DNA of 64,000 nucleotides from Actinomycetota bacterium (GTDB taxonomy: Bacteria; Actinomycetota; Acidimicrobiia; Acidimicrobiales; RAAP-2): NCBI GenBank assembly GCA_021324355.1, contig JAJPJD010000021.1, forward strand, positions 35,969 through 99,968, written 5' to 3'. The position numbers and the translations under genes were made by a program. Below are positions 29,237 to 38,251 of the stretch, piece after piece. The notes under the pieces are model-generated. The model was not told where the DNA came from. It saw nothing but the letters and a program-made list of their open reading frames with translations, and made no database searches. Each line of letters starts with the position of its first letter. Position 1 is the stretch's first letter.

Positions 29237-30760
29237 TCAGCGCCTCGGCACGAGCGGCACCGTGATCTCGGCCACCGTGCCGCCGCCGTCGGCCTTGTCC
29301 AGCCGCCGCATGTCGATCGATCCGTCGAGCTGGCTCACCACGAGGTCTCGGACGATGGAGAGCCCCAGGCTGGTGGTTCGCTCGATGTCGAACCCCTTGG
29401 GCAGGCCCACGCCGTCGTCTCGGACCTGGACGAGCAGGCCGTGGCCGTCGTGGCGCAAGCGAACCTGGACCCGGCCGACCTGGCGGTTGGCCTCGTCGAG
29501 CCGCTTGCGGGGCGACCGTCCGGCCCGCAGGGCACGGCGGTCGGGGCCGAAGGCATGCTCCACCGCGTTCTGGAGCAGCTCGGCCAGCGTGATCGCGAGC
29601 GGGGTGGCGACGTCGGCCGGCAGGTCGCCCAAGTCGCCGTCGACCTCGATCTCGACTTGGGGCGGACCGACAACCGAGTCCTCGGCCATCTGGACCAGCG
29701 CCCGGACGATCTCATCGAAGGCCACCTGCTCGCCCGGGTCTCGCGACAGGATCTCGTGGACGATGGCGATGGACCGAACCCGGCGCTCGGCCTCATGCAG
29801 CGCCTCCCGACCGGCCCGCACGGTCACCCGCCGAGCCTGCAGGCGCAGGAGCGAGGAGATGGTCTGCAGGTTGTTCTTGACCCGGTGGTGCACCTCCCGG
29901 ATCGCCGCGTCCTTCGACAGCAGCAGGCGATCCAGCCGGCGGACGTCGGTCACGTCGCGCACCAGGATCACCGCCCCGGTGACCGACCCGTGGATCACCA
30001 GCGGGATGCAATGGAGGAGCACGATCACGTCCGGGCGGCGCTCGACCTCCTCGACCACCGGCCGCTTGGTGGTGAGCGCCCACTCCACCGCCGACTCCTC
30101 GATCCCGAGGTCGACCAGGCGGCGCCCCTCGGGCACCGAGTAGACGCCCATCCGGTGGAATGCGTTCATCGCGTTGGGCGAGGCGAACTGCACCCGCCCC
30201 TCCTCGTCGACCACCACCACCCCGTCGCCAACCCGGGGGGACTCCTCGGAGCCAACGTCGCTGTCGGGGAACGGGAAGGCGGACTCGGCGACCATCGTGG
30301 CCAACCGGTCGAAGGCGTCGAGGTAGATCCGCTCGTTGCTGGAGGTAGCCGGACCCGGCTGCTCCAGACCGATGCGCACCACCGCCGCGATCACCCGGTC
30401 GGCGAAGCGCACCGGAATGGCCTGGGCAGCGATCGGGCCCGACGGCGCGATCCCCTCGATCTCGCCGCGAACCAGCTCGCCGCGGGCCAAGGCGGCGGCG
30501 GCGATCGACCACGACGCCGCAGAGGGCGACTGGCCCACCAGGTCCTGGTCCAGCCGAGTGGGGCGGTTGGACGGCCGGATCTGGCCCAGCACCACCAGGC
30601 CGGGCTCGTCGCCTTCCGCGGTCGTCGGGACCACCAGCACCAGGTCGGAGAAGGACAGGTCCGACAAAAGCGACCACGACCCGAGCAGCCGCTGGAGGTG
30701 CGCGAGCTCGTCAGGCTCGAGGTTGGCGTGGAGCCGGGCCAGCTCGGCCGGGGTGGCCAC
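29237..30760 (-). CDS. pdtaS: Cytoplasmic sensor histidine kinase PdtaS (GAF-PAS-HisKA_2-HATPase)
   Basis: No TM segment. H-box EVHHRVKNNLQTISSLLRLQ. C-terminal ATPase motifs ELLQNAVEHAF and DDGVGLP. Length is about 500 aa. Confidence 0.85.
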   Translation of the reverse strand: MATPAELARLHANLEPDELAHLQRLLGSWSLLSDLSFSDLVLVVPTTAEGDEPGLVVLGQIRPSNRPTRLDQDLVGQSPSAASWSIAAAALARGELVRGEIEGIAPSGPIAAQAIPVRFADRVIAAVVRIGLEQPGPATSSNERIYLDAFDRLATMVAESAFPFPDSDVGSEESPRVGDGVVVVDEEGRVQFASPNAMNAFHRMGVYSVPEGRRLVDLGIEESAVEWALTTKRPVVEEVERRPDVIVLLHCIPLVIHGSVTGAVILVRDVTDVRRLDRLLLSKDAAIREVHHRVKNNLQTISSLLRLQARRVTVRAGREALHEAERRVRSIAIVHEILSRDPGEQVAFDEIVRALVQMAEDSVVGPPQVEIEVDGDLGDLPADVATPLAITLAELLQNAVEHAFGPDRRALRAGRSPRKRLDEANRQVGRVQVRLRHDGHGLLVQVRDDGVGLPKGFDIERTTSLGLSIVRDLVVSQLDGSIDMRRLDKADGGGTVAEITVPLVPRR

Positions 30761-30764
30761 CGAG

Positions 30765-31670
30765 CTAGCCCCCCTCCTCCAGGGCGACCGGCTCGGCGAG
30801 GGGCTCGGCCACCGGCACCGGCCGGGGCCGGCGGGCCGAGAACGCCACCAGCTGGTGCACCCCGACCGACGAGAGCAGCGCAGCCAGGTCGGCCACTCGC
30901 TCGGCGACCCGGTCCTCGCCGTGAGCGTCCGAGGCCGTGGTGAAGCCGACCCCGAGGCGGGCGAACCGCGCCAGCAGGCCGGGCGCGGGGTAGGGCTCGG
31001 CGCAGGGCTTCCGCCAGCCGGCCGAGGAGACCTCGGCCGCCAACCCGCTCGCCGCCGCTGCCTCGGCCAGTCGGTCCCACCACTCCTCTGGGGTCTCGGG
31101 GACCCGCCCGGCCACCTTCACCAGGTCCGGGTGGGCGAGGACGTCGCAGGTGCCACTGGCCGCGAGCTCCTCCATCGCCTCCAGGTAGGCGTCCCATGCC
31201 GCCCGCACCGGTCGGGTCGACCACAGCGCCATGTGCTGCGGATCGGCGATGTCGTCGAAGCGCCAGGCCCCCACCCAGTGGACCGACCCCAAGAGGACGT
31301 CGAAGGGGTAACCCGACAGCAGCCGGGCCACCTGGTCCATCCGGCCCCGGTAGTGGTCAACCTCCAGCCCGACCACGATCGGGAGGCCGGCCCGCTTGGC
31401 CTCCAGTGCCAGCTCCACATAGGCGTCCAAGTCGTTGCGGGCGTGGTGGTCGAAGTACCGCCACATCGAGGTCGTCAGCGCCGCCGGCTCGTCGTCGAAG
31501 AGGCCGGCGACGATCGGCTCGCACTGGACGAACCGGAACAGGTGCTCGGTCACGGCGATCTCGGACACCCCGCGTGCGGTGGCCAGCTCGCAGTACCGGG
31601 CAAGCTGGTCGAGCCGGAGCGAGACGTCGGCCTCCGGGTGGGCCCACAAGTGCAGGTGGTAGTCGAGCAC
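30765..31670 (-). CDS. PHP-family histidinol-phosphatase-like hydrolase
   Basis: MLDYHLHLW, TEHL, GSVHW, AHPD and SDAH metal-ligand pattern of the PHP/HisJ type. Confidence 0.78.
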   Translation of the reverse strand: MLDYHLHLWAHPEADVSLRLDQLARYCELATARGVSEIAVTEHLFRFVQCEPIVAGLFDDEPAALTTSMWRYFDHHARNDLDAYVELALEAKRAGLPIVVGLEVDHYRGRMDQVARLLSGYPFDVLLGSVHWVGAWRFDDIADPQHMALWSTRPVRAAWDAYLEAMEELAASGTCDVLAHPDLVKVAGRVPETPEEWWDRLAEAAAASGLAAEVSSAGWRKPCAEPYPAPGLLARFARLGVGFTTASDAHGEDRVAERVADLAALLSSVGVHQLVAFSARRPRPVPVAEPLAEPVALEEGG

Positions 31671-31754
31671 GGCGCGCTCGCTCAGCTCGCCACGGCGGCA
31701 GGCACCGCGCTCATCGTAGAAGAGATGGCCCCGGCTGCCGGCGACGCGACCGGC

Positions 31755-32909
31755 TCAGTCCCAGATGGCCTCGCCCAGCGCGAGCAGTCCCGGCAAGCTG
31801 GCCACGTCGGTATCGAAGGCCGGCGCGGTCGCCAGCACCTCGGGGGAGACGGCGAGTTCGCCGCGTTGCTCGGCCTCGCGCCGGGCGACCAGGCTGAAGT
31901 TGAGGAAGCTCTCGGCCACCTCGCGCAACACCGGCGCCGCGGTCGACGGATCGAGGTCCAGTCGACCGGCCACCTCCTCAGCCCGTTCCGCCAGTGCCCG
32001 GGCCACGCTCAGGGCGCCCGGGTCGCGCAGGTATTCCGGCAGGGTCCGGTTGAGCACCACCGCGCCCAGGTGCAGCCGACGACGATCGAGCTCCTCGCAG
32101 AACCGCTCGGCCTCCACCAGCGGCGTGCTTTCCAGGGTGCTCACCACGAGGAAGGTCGTTCGACGCTCGCCCAGCAGCCGAACCACCGCCTCGGCCCGCT
32201 CGACGAAGCCGGCGTGCATCGACTGGAACAAGACGAAGAACTCGGTGATGTCGCTCAGGAACTGGGTCCCGAGCACTCGCTCGGCCATCTGGTGGAACGG
32301 CCGCGAGGCCAGGGTCACCATCTTCGAGCGGTACGGGACGGTGAGCCAACGAAGCAGCCGGCTGGAGAAGAACTCAGCCATCCGCCGAGGGGCGTCGAGG
32401 AAGTCGAGGGCGTGACGGGACGGCGGGGTGTCCACCACGATGAGGTCGTAGTCCCCGCTTGCGTGGATCTCGAAGAGCCGTTCCATTGCGATGTAGTCGT
32501 GGCTTTGGACGAACCGGCCGGCGATGTTGCGGTACAGCGGGTTCGTGAGGATCTGGGCCCGGGTGGAGGCGTCGGGGGCATGGCGCTCGACCAGCGCGTC
32601 CCAGCTGGCCTGGGTGTCGAGCATGGCCGCCCACAGCTCGCCCCGGGGAGCGATCCCAGCCTCCTTGAAGCGCTCGGGGGGCACCCGGTGGGCGGCGTTG
32701 CCCATCTCGCCCAGCCCGAGGGCATCGGCGAGGCGCCGAGCCGGGTCGACGGTGACCACGAGCACCCGGCCCCCGTGGTGACCGGCGGCCATGGCCGCGG
32801 TGGCTGCGGCCACGGTGGTCTTGCCCACCCCGCCGGGCCCGCACACCACCACGATCTCCTTCGAGGCCACCAGCCGGTCGAGGGACCCTCGGGGGATCGG
32901 CACGCTCAC
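31755..32909 (-). CDS. ArsA/Get3-like ATPase (second of pair)
   Basis: P-loop VVVCGPGGVGKTTVAAATA. The GTG start overlaps the upstream stop (GTGA). Confidence 0.82.
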   Translation of the reverse strand: MSVPIPRGSLDRLVASKEIVVVCGPGGVGKTTVAAATAAMAAGHHGGRVLVVTVDPARRLADALGLGEMGNAAHRVPPERFKEAGIAPRGELWAAMLDTQASWDALVERHAPDASTRAQILTNPLYRNIAGRFVQSHDYIAMERLFEIHASGDYDLIVVDTPPSRHALDFLDAPRRMAEFFSSRLLRWLTVPYRSKMVTLASRPFHQMAERVLGTQFLSDITEFFVLFQSMHAGFVERAEAVVRLLGERRTTFLVVSTLESTPLVEAERFCEELDRRRLHLGAVVLNRTLPEYLRDPGALSVARALAERAEEVAGRLDLDPSTAAPVLREVAESFLNFSLVARREAEQRGELAVSPEVLATAPAFDTDVASLPGLLALGEAIWD

Positions 32910-33859
32910 AGGCCCAGCTCGTCGGCGAGGGCGGCGGCGACCTGCCGGGTGCTGCGCAGGCCGCCGAACCGGGTGAACACGTACGGCACCAACAGCACCG
33001 GGACCGCGGGATCGAGGCGCTCCCGGAGCCGCTGGAGGTGCGGGGCCCGGCTCCGGCGGAGGTTCACCGCCAGGCGGGCCGCCTCCAGCACCGGTGCCAC
33101 GTCGCCGCCGAGGGCGGTTGAGGCCGCGGCGGCCCGGGCCGGATCCGAGAGCTCTGCGAAGACCTCCTCCTCCCGGGTGCTGAACAGCTCCGGGAGGACC
33201 CGGTTGGCGACCACCGCGGCCACCGAGGCCGAGGTCTCCCGAGCGATGCGCTCGGTCAGCTCCAGGGTCTCGGTCACCGGCATCTCCTCGGGGGTGGTGA
33301 CCGGGACGACGCCGGTGCGCTCGGGATCGCTCAGCAGTTCGAGCATCCAGTCGGTCTGGCTCTTCACCTGGCCGACCCGCACCAGATCGTTGATCGCCTG
33401 AGGAGCCACCAACTGGCCGACCACGTGCCCGGAGGCCGGGGCGTCCACCACGACCAGGTCGAAGTGGCCCTCGCGGACCTCGTAGCAGAGCTTGCCCACG
33501 GTCAGGATCTCGCGCACCCCGGGGGCGGCGGTGGCCACGAAGTCAAGCGCCCGGGCAAGTGGCCCGACCCGGCCGACCAGGGGGACCCTCAGGTAGACCT
33601 TCAGGTACTCCCGCAACGAGGCCTCGGTGTCCATGGCCATGACCCAGATGCCCGGAGCCACTGGCGCGGGCACGAAGCCGCTGGCCCCCGCCTCGAACAT
33701 CGCTCCGAGGCCGCCGGTGGCGTCGACGTCGCAGGCCAGCACCCGCTTGCCCTGCTGGGCGGCCAGCTGGGCCAGCGCCGCCGCGACCGTGGTCTTGCCC
33801 ACCCCGCCCTTGCCGGTCACGAACAGCAACTGGCGCCCGAGCAGCGCGGCGCCCGGCAT
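32906..33859 (-). CDS. ArsA/Get3-like ATPase (first of pair)
   Basis: Deviant Walker A LLFVTGKGGVGKTTVAAALA. ATG at 33859 (MPGAALLG) preferred to the track start at 33937. Confidence 0.82.
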   Translation of the reverse strand: MPGAALLGRQLLFVTGKGGVGKTTVAAALAQLAAQQGKRVLACDVDATGGLGAMFEAGASGFVPAPVAPGIWVMAMDTEASLREYLKVYLRVPLVGRVGPLARALDFVATAAPGVREILTVGKLCYEVREGHFDLVVVDAPASGHVVGQLVAPQAINDLVRVGQVKSQTDWMLELLSDPERTGVVPVTTPEEMPVTETLELTERIARETSASVAAVVANRVLPELFSTREEEVFAELSDPARAAAASTALGGDVAPVLEAARLAVNLRRSRAPHLQRLRERLDPAVPVLLVPYVFTRFGGLRSTRQVAAALADELGL

Positions 33860-33893
33860 GGCGGTCACCGGCGGCCGGCTGGTCCGTGGCCCC

Positions 33894-34127
33894 TCAGGGC
33901 GCCCCGAACCCCACCCTGCGCTCGCCGTCGGGCGCACCGACCTCGATGTAGGCGACCTGGCCCACGGGCACGGCCACCCGGCGGCCGCGGCGGTCGGTCA
34001 GCCACAGCACGCCGCCCCGCTCGAGCGAGGCCTCGATGTCCGACAAGACGGCCTCCCGGTCGGCTCCGTCCCCCAGGTCGACCTCGAGCTCTTTGGGGGT
34101 CTGGGCGATCCCGATGCGGACTTCCAA
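33894..34127 (-). CDS. DUF3107 family protein
   Basis: 77 aa. (TTG)EVRIGIAQTPKELEVDL...VLWLTDRRGRRVAVPVGQVAYIEVG. TTG start 6 nt after a GAGGAG SD. It is hidden inside a longer track ORF. Confidence 0.7.
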   Translation of the reverse strand: MEVRIGIAQTPKELEVDLGDGADREAVLSDIEASLERGGVLWLTDRRGRRVAVPVGQVAYIEVGAPDGERRVGFGAP

Positions 34128-34227
34128 CTGCGGCTCCTCTCTCGGCGCGGGCACCGCCCGGACGCGCCGGCCGGCACAACCGGGCGGGGCGGAGCCCGAC
34201 GTTACCGCCCTCGGGCACACTGGGGAC

Positions 34228-35430
34228 ATGGGTGACCACCTGGGCCGGGGCGACCGAGCACAGCGATGGGTGGCGACCATGGCCGGCTTCCCTGCCGCCG
34301 GGGTGGGCGACGAGGCGACCGGGCACCGGGCATCGGGGCTGCGGGTCGCCCACGCCGGCTCGGCCGCCCGGCTGGGGCCGCCCAGCCCGCCCTCGTGGAC
34401 AGGCCGGCTCGGCCCGGAGCTCGTGCTCGGGCGAGCCGAACGCGAGGCGACCGAGGACGCCGCCATGGCTCCGGGGGCCACCCGGGCTGCCGGTGCCGGA
34501 GACCGCCTCCGTCCCGAGGAGCCCGACCCCTGGCGGACCTGTTTCGAGCGGGACCGGGATCGCATCCTGCACTCGACGGCGTTCCGCCGCCTGGCCGGCA
34601 AGGCGCAGGTGTTCGTGTTCCCCGAGGATCACCTGCGGACCCGTCTCACCCACGCGCTCGAGGTGGCCCAGGTGGCCACCAGCGTGGCCCGGGCGTGCCG
34701 GCTCAACGTGGCCCTGACCGAGGCCATCGCGCTGGGCCACGACTGCGGCCACGGGCCCGGCGGTCACGCGTCGGAGGACGCCTTCGCCCCCTACCTCGAC
34801 GGCGGGTACGACCATGCCCCCTGGGGGGCCGAGGTCTCCCTTGCCCCCCTCAACCTGTGCGCCGAGACCAGGGACGGGATCGCCAACCACAGCTGGTCCC
34901 GACCCGCCCCCCGAACCTGCGAGGGCGAGGTGGTGAGCTGGGCCGACCGGATCGCCTACGTCTGCCACGACTGGGAGGACGCGGTGCGCTCCGGCATCGT
35001 CTCGCCGGAGCGCCTTGACCCGGTGGTCGCCGAACGCTGCGGGACCAGCCGGGCCGAGCAGCTCCGGACCTTCATCACGGCGCTGGTCTCCACCACCGTC
35101 TCGAGCGGCCAGGTGGCCATGGACGAGGAGACTGCCGACGCACTGGCCCGGTTCCGAGCGCTCAACTACGAGCACATCTACCTGCGGCCGGCATCGCTCG
35201 CGCAGGCCGAGGCGGTGGTGTCGGTGCTGCGCGCCCTGGTCGAGCACTTTGCCGACCGGCCCAACGCGATCCCCGCAGCCCGCGAACGGGGGCTGCGAGC
35301 CGGCGAGCCGGCCGCGGTGCGGGCTGCGGTCGCCTATGTCGCCGGAATGACCGATCGCTTCGCCTGTCGTCAAGCCGTCGCCCGGCTCGGGTGGGACCCG
35401 GAAAAGCTGCCCCGGGCCGTCGGGACCTGA
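34228..35430 (+). CDS. dgt: dGTPase-like HD-domain triphosphohydrolase
   Basis: FERDRDRILHSTAFRRLAGK, RLTHALEVAQV and LGHDCGHGPGGH. Start uncertain: ATG 34228 fits GC3; alternatives are 34279, 34423 and 34465. Confidence 0.8.
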   Translation: MGDHLGRGDRAQRWVATMAGFPAAGVGDEATGHRASGLRVAHAGSAARLGPPSPPSWTGRLGPELVLGRAEREATEDAAMAPGATRAAGAGDRLRPEEPDPWRTCFERDRDRILHSTAFRRLAGKAQVFVFPEDHLRTRLTHALEVAQVATSVARACRLNVALTEAIALGHDCGHGPGGHASEDAFAPYLDGGYDHAPWGAEVSLAPLNLCAETRDGIANHSWSRPAPRTCEGEVVSWADRIAYVCHDWEDAVRSGIVSPERLDPVVAERCGTSRAEQLRTFITALVSTTVSSGQVAMDEETADALARFRALNYEHIYLRPASLAQAEAVVSVLRALVEHFADRPNAIPAARERGLRAGEPAAVRAAVAYVAGMTDRFACRQAVARLGWDPEKLPRAVGT

Positions 35431-35436
35431 GCGGGC

Positions 35437-36243
35437 TCAGCGCCCCCCGAACAACAGCTCGGCCCGCTGATCCCAGGCGGCGCGGGCCATCTCGAGGTGG
35501 GTGAGCACGTAGAGCCGGCCGTTGCCGATGGCGTCCACCACCGCATCGGCCACCTCCTCGGCCGGGATGCCCGAGGCGACCAGGCCCGAGATGGGCCCGC
35601 CACCGTCGCCGACCTCCGGGACGTCGGCACGCACCGGCGCGGGCATGTTGCGGGCCGACTCAGCGATCCTGGTGCTCACGAACCCCGGACACACCACCGA
35701 GACGCCGACCCGGCTGCCGGCGGCCGCCAACTCCTGGGCCAGCGATTCGCTCAAGCCCACCACCGCGAACTTGGTCGTGCAGTAGATGCCGAGCACCCCC
35801 ACCCCTCGCAACCCGGCCATGGAGGCGGTGTTGACGACGTGACCCTCGTCCTGGTCCAACAGGACGGGCAAGAAGACGTTGCACCCGTTGACCACCCCGA
35901 ACAGGTTGACGCCGACCACCCACTCCCACATCGACATCGGGCTGTGGGCGATCGATCCCCCGACCACCCCGGCGTTGTTGCACACCACATGGACCGTGCC
36001 AAAGCGCGCCAGCGCGGCGTCCCGCAGGGACTGCACCGAGGCATGGTCGGCCACGTCGGTGGGTACCGCCAGCACGTCGGCCCCGTCCTCGACCAGGTCT
36101 CGGCAGGCCCGCTCGAGCGCCGGTTCCTCGACGTCCGCCAGGACCACGTGCATCTGCTCGCGGGCGAACCGCCTGGCCATGGCAAGGCCGATCCCGCTCG
36201 CCCCGCCGGTCACCACCGCGACCTTCCCCGCCAGGTCCTCCAC
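35437..36243 (-). CDS. SDR family oxidoreductase
   Basis: VAVVTGGASGIG and IYCTTKFAV (YxxxK). GTG at 36243 follows GGGGAGGA. Confidence 0.85.
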   Translation of the reverse strand: MEDLAGKVAVVTGGASGIGLAMARRFAREQMHVVLADVEEPALERACRDLVEDGADVLAVPTDVADHASVQSLRDAALARFGTVHVVCNNAGVVGGSIAHSPMSMWEWVVGVNLFGVVNGCNVFLPVLLDQDEGHVVNTASMAGLRGVGVLGIYCTTKFAVVGLSESLAQELAAAGSRVGVSVVCPGFVSTRIAESARNMPAPVRADVPEVGDGGGPISGLVASGIPAEEVADAVVDAIGNGRLYVLTHLEMARAAWDQRAELLFGGR

Positions 36244-36283
36244 TGATCCTCCCCTCGCCGTGCCGGGGGCCCCGGCGCCGGGC

Positions 36284-37402
36284 TCAGCGCAGGGCCAGCT
36301 CCCGACGGTAGACGCGGGCCGGCCCCAGCGCGCTGACCCGCTCGGCCAGCGCCGCGAACGCCGCCGCGGCTTCCGAACCGGGGTCGGTGGCAACGATCGG
36401 CCGGCCCTGGTCCCCACCCTCTCGCACCGCCGGCACCAGGGGGACCTGACCGAGCAAGGGGACGCCCAGGTCGGCGGCCAGCTGGGCCCCGCCGCCCTCC
36501 CCGAAGATCGGGTACCGCCGCCCGTCGTCCCCGGTGAACCAGCTCATGTTCTCGATGACGCCGCGCACCGCCAGCTTGAGCTTGCGCGACGCGTGGGCGG
36601 CCCGCTGGGCCACCCGCTGGGCCGCCGGCTGGGGGGTGGTCACCACCACCACCTCGGCTCGCGGCGCGATCTGGGCCAGCGAGAGGGTGACGTCGCCGGT
36701 CCCGGGCGGGGTGTCGACGATGAGGAAGTCGGGCCGGCCCCAGTAGCAGTCCGCCACGAACTGCTCGATCGCCTTGTGCAGCATCGGGCCCCGCCAGATC
36801 ACCGGCTGGTCGTCTGGGACGAAGTAGCCCATCGACAGGCACCGCACGCCGTGGACCGCGCTCGGGACCACCAGGTCACCCAGCACCACCGGCTCGGCCT
36901 CCCGGCCGAGCATGGTCGGGACCGAGAAGCTGTAGACGTCGGCATCGAGGAGGCCGACGGTCTTGCCCGACTGGGCCAGGGCGATGGCCAGGTTCACCGC
37001 GACCGAGGACTTGCCCACCCCGCCCTTGCCCGAGCTGACCGCGACCACCCGGGTCGCCGAGCCGGGCTGGAGGAACGCCGGGGCTGAGGAACCGTGGTGG
37101 GCGTCCTCACCGGCCATCTCGGCCCGCAGCCGACGGCGCAGGGCCTCCGCCTCTGACTGCTCCATGGCCGCGGTGACCACCTCGACCTCCCGGGCGCCCA
37201 GCTCGCCGGCCACCCGCTCGAGCGCCTCCACCAGCTCCTGGCGGTGGGGCCAGTCCGCGGCGGGGAGGGCGAGCACGACCTCCACCCGGTGACGCCGGGT
37301 GCGGACCGATCGCAGCATGGCCGTCTCGGCCAACGGCAGTGCGAGGGTCGGCTCCACGACGGCACCCAGGGCCTGCTCAAGCGCTGCGCCATCGGATGCC
37401 AT
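36284..37402 (-). CDS. mrp: Mrp/ApbC/NBP35-family Fe-S cluster carrier ATPase with N-terminal DUF59-like domain
   Basis: VAVSSGKGGVGKSSVAVNLA. AGGAGGG SD lies upstream of the ATG at 37402. Confidence 0.88.
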   Translation of the reverse strand: MASDGAALEQALGAVVEPTLALPLAETAMLRSVRTRRHRVEVVLALPAADWPHRQELVEALERVAGELGAREVEVVTAAMEQSEAEALRRRLRAEMAGEDAHHGSSAPAFLQPGSATRVVAVSSGKGGVGKSSVAVNLAIALAQSGKTVGLLDADVYSFSVPTMLGREAEPVVLGDLVVPSAVHGVRCLSMGYFVPDDQPVIWRGPMLHKAIEQFVADCYWGRPDFLIVDTPPGTGDVTLSLAQIAPRAEVVVVTTPQPAAQRVAQRAAHASRKLKLAVRGVIENMSWFTGDDGRRYPIFGEGGGAQLAADLGVPLLGQVPLVPAVREGGDQGRPIVATDPGSEAAAAFAALAERVSALGPARVYRRELALR

Positions 37403-37459
37403 GACCGCCCTCCTGCCCGGACCCCCGCCCTCGCTCCGGGCCACCCACGTCCTCCCAGG

Positions 37460-37465
37460 TAGACT
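37460..37465 (+). promoter_or_regulatory. Candidate -10 box TAGACT, 7 nt before the regulator GTG (leaderless transcript implied)
   Basis: TAGACT fits TAnnnT. The low-GC3 codons around it argue the region is non-coding. GTG at 37473 has no SD. Confidence 0.3.
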
Positions 37466-37472
37466 ACCGACC

Positions 37473-38246
37473 GTGCGTTCGGGTCCGAACCGGGCGCCGG
37501 TGCCGCCGGCACCCGACGCGAGCGGCGCAGGCGGCGACGGAGGGCAGGCCGACGCCCGCTTCGCCTCGGTGGTGGCCGCGGTGACCGACGCGTTCGGGGA
37601 TCCGACCCGGCGAGACATCTTCCTCTACGTCCGCTCCCACCCGGCTGCCTCGGCGGCCGAGGTGGCGGCGGCGTTTTCGCTCCACCCCAACGTCGCCCGC
37701 CACCATCTCAACCGGCTGGTCGCCGGCGGCTACCTCCGGGTCTCGATGAGCCGGGACACCCCGGCGGTCGGCCGCCCGGCCCAGCGTTTCTCCCCGGTCG
37801 ACGACGACCCGGTCGGGGGCCTGCTGGACAAGCGGGACGACCTGCTGGTCCGGCTGCTGCGGGAGGCACTCGAGCAGCTGGGGCCAACGCGGGCCGAGGC
37901 GATGGCGGCCAAGGTCGGCGAGGACTACGGGCGGATGCTGGCAGCCCGGATGTCGCCCGAGGCCTCCCAGCGCTCGGTGCGGGCGGCCATGCGGACGATT
38001 GCCGCCACCCTCACCGCCCACGGCTTCGCCGCCCACGTCGAGGACCACGGCTCGACGAGCTCGGTGGTCGCCGAGCAGTGCCCCTTCGGCGACGCCGCCT
38101 CGGTCCCCCCGGTGCTCTGCGCGGTGGACCGAGGGATGGTGAAGGGCCTTCTGTCGGGGCTCTGCGGAGACCCGAAGAAGGGCTCCTTGCCCATCGTGCT
38201 GTCGTCACGGGCCCGCGGCGACGACACCTGCGCCGCCACCGCCTGA
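37473..38246 (+). CDS. ArsR/SufR-like winged-helix regulator with C-terminal Cys motif
   Basis: HTH DPTRRDIFLYVRSHPAASAAEVAAAFSLHPNVARHHLNRLVAGGYL. C-terminal C-X12-C-X14-C at 38079-38165. Start uncertain. Confidence 0.7.
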   Translation: MRSGPNRAPVPPAPDASGAGGDGGQADARFASVVAAVTDAFGDPTRRDIFLYVRSHPAASAAEVAAAFSLHPNVARHHLNRLVAGGYLRVSMSRDTPAVGRPAQRFSPVDDDPVGGLLDKRDDLLVRLLREALEQLGPTRAEAMAAKVGEDYGRMLAARMSPEASQRSVRAAMRTIAATLTAHGFAAHVEDHGSTSSVVAEQCPFGDAASVPPVLCAVDRGMVKGLLSGLCGDPKKGSLPIVLSSRARGDDTCAATA

Positions 38247-38251
38247 GCCCG

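Noticed and set aside
33865-35373. 502-aa ORF antisense to dgt
   Set aside because: The HD-domain dGTPase motifs are on the plus strand. The antisense frame is low complexity.
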